A model generated the notes under the pieces. That model was not told where the DNA came from. It did no database searches and was given only the letters and a program-made list of their open reading frames with translations. Position numbers and translations under genes: made by a program. A stretch of 63,976 bases of DNA, counting the filler, from Ministeria vibrans ATCC 50519 (Eukaryota; Protista; Filasterea), in NCBI GenBank assembly GCA_943704425.1. It is 6 parts of 6 records of this genome, joined end to end, with 100 filler letters (N's around TTAATTAATTAA, not from the genome) between each part and the next. Parts side by side here need not be neighbours in the genome. Positions count along the whole stretch, not along the records: positions 60,309 to 62,762 come from CALSCP010001326.1; positions 62,863 to 63,976 come from CALSCP010002045.1; 4 more parts are not named here. One strand, written 5' to 3'. This document shows, piece after piece, positions 62,690 to 63,976 of this stretch (its first letter is position 1; the number at the start of each line of letters is the position of its first letter).

Positions 62690-62862
62690 CTAAACACACG
62701 CGCTCGCCCGTGTCGATCTTGTCGGCTCCGAAAATGTTGACACGCACATTCGAATCAGTGCCNNNNNNNNNNNNNNNNNNNNNNNNNNNNNNNNNNNNNN
62801 NNNNNNTTAATTAATTAANNNNNNNNNNNNNNNNNNNNNNNNNNNNNNNNNNNNNNNNNNNN

Positions 62863-63446
62863 CATCCATTGCACCCAAGAACACCCAACCAAACGCCACC
62901 ACCATCGCCTTGGCCAGCCAAAACTGCCAATACCATGCCAGCATCCACCGCCACAGTCCCACCGTCCGACAACCCTAACCCTAACCCTAACCGAGACATG
63001 AACTTTACGATTGTATTCAGACGTTTAACACATACTTAAGCAGCTTATGGGGCCCACTCGGAATACATCGCAATCCTCAACACACACATCAAACACAAAA
63101 ACACACAAGAGGATACTACAAGCAACACCAAAGAACAAAATATATACCAAAACAACACACATACTATCAAAACAAACAATCACGAACACTAAGAAAACAA
63201 CACAGTCACACACAAAAGTAATAAAAAGCGCCACACTAACAAACACAACGTGATCAGCAGGCACTCAAAGCCACAAAGACTCATGTCAAAGCTCAAATGA
63301 CTGAACCGCACCATCAAAACTCAAACTTCATCCATTGCATCCAAGAACACCCAACCAAACGCCACCACCACAACCTTGGCCAGCCAACACTGCCACTACC
63401 ATGCCAGCAACCCTAACCCTAACCCTAACCTTAACCCTAATCCTAA
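62863..63446 (+). repeat. Two copies of an ~80-bp unit (62863-62943, 63329-63409), each followed by telomere-type (CCCTAA)n (62971-62992, 63409-63446)
   Basis: Direct comparison of the two copies; the hexamer tracts are visible. Confidence 0.85.
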
Positions 63447-63976
63447 GAAGGCGCACGTACACACCGTCAGGATCATGGGTGGCACTGACCGGCTCAATAC
63501 GCGCGACAGAGGAGTTTTTGAGACCCAGCGCGCGTCTGTGCAGCCAAATGGGTCAAGTAGGGAGCGGAGCGGGCGCAGGCGGAACGACTGCCGGGCGACG
63601 CGCAGCAGCGCCGTTGAGACGCCCTGATGGGCGTTGCACGTATAAAAGATGAAATCGAGTGTTTGAGTCAGTGTTCGGACTTCTGAGAACATGCAAACAT
63701 GCATGAAACAATGTATACCCGCCCACGCAGGGTGGGCACTTTGAACCAAACCTGCCGGCGACGGTTGTTTCGTGGCGGTCAGTTGTCCTCTTTCTCTTCA
63801 CCACAGTGTAGAGAGAAAAAAGTTCCAAAATCGTCAGGTTGTCAAAGAAAGGACCGGGAGGGCGAGCAAAGTACAGGAAAAGGTCAAAGTTGATGTTTGT
63901 GTTGGCAACCTGAAGCAGAGCGCCTGGGTTGAGTTGAACGTGAGGAGGGATGAGGACGGGAGCGCGGTCGTGTGTG

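Noticed and set aside
49900-62740. Long antisense ORFs (49900-50928, 55338-56177, 61460-62740)
   Set aside because: They are shadows of GC-rich, codon-biased genes on the opposite strand.

Overview
Eukaryotic, gene-dense DNA with short GT-AG introns and many microsatellites. The window is a concatenation of six scaffolds joined by artificial 100-nt linkers (N44-TTAATTAATTAA-N44), so gene neighbourhoods across linkers mean nothing. Gene content (Phactr, a synaptophysin-like MARVEL protein, MLK-type kinase, USP1, ZGPAT, TTAGGG repeats) suggests a unicellular holozoan-like opisthokont; this is inference. About 24 genes or gene fragments are supportable. Housekeeping and cell-cycle genes: ATP13A1, POLR1B, UMPS, VARS, AP4B1, SURF6, NUDT6, KNL1, CDC25, USP1. 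Secreted glycoside hydrolases: GH28, DUF4091/GH123-like, a GH16 with a degenerate catalytic motif, and GH162. Also present are an intronless PNP-family protein resembling immune ATP nucleosidases and a >4,790-aa Gly-rich modular protein. The most notable signals are: the ATP-nucleosidase-like effector; a USP1 whose insertion carries two exon-encoded PIP-box-like motifs; the giant protein with an extra domain in alternate modules; a dispersed repeat family found in upstream intergenic regions, with transition-only divergence; a perfect 59-bp intronic inverted repeat; and telomere-tagged repeats. Gene models were read by eye and family calls rest on remembered motifs, not database searches.
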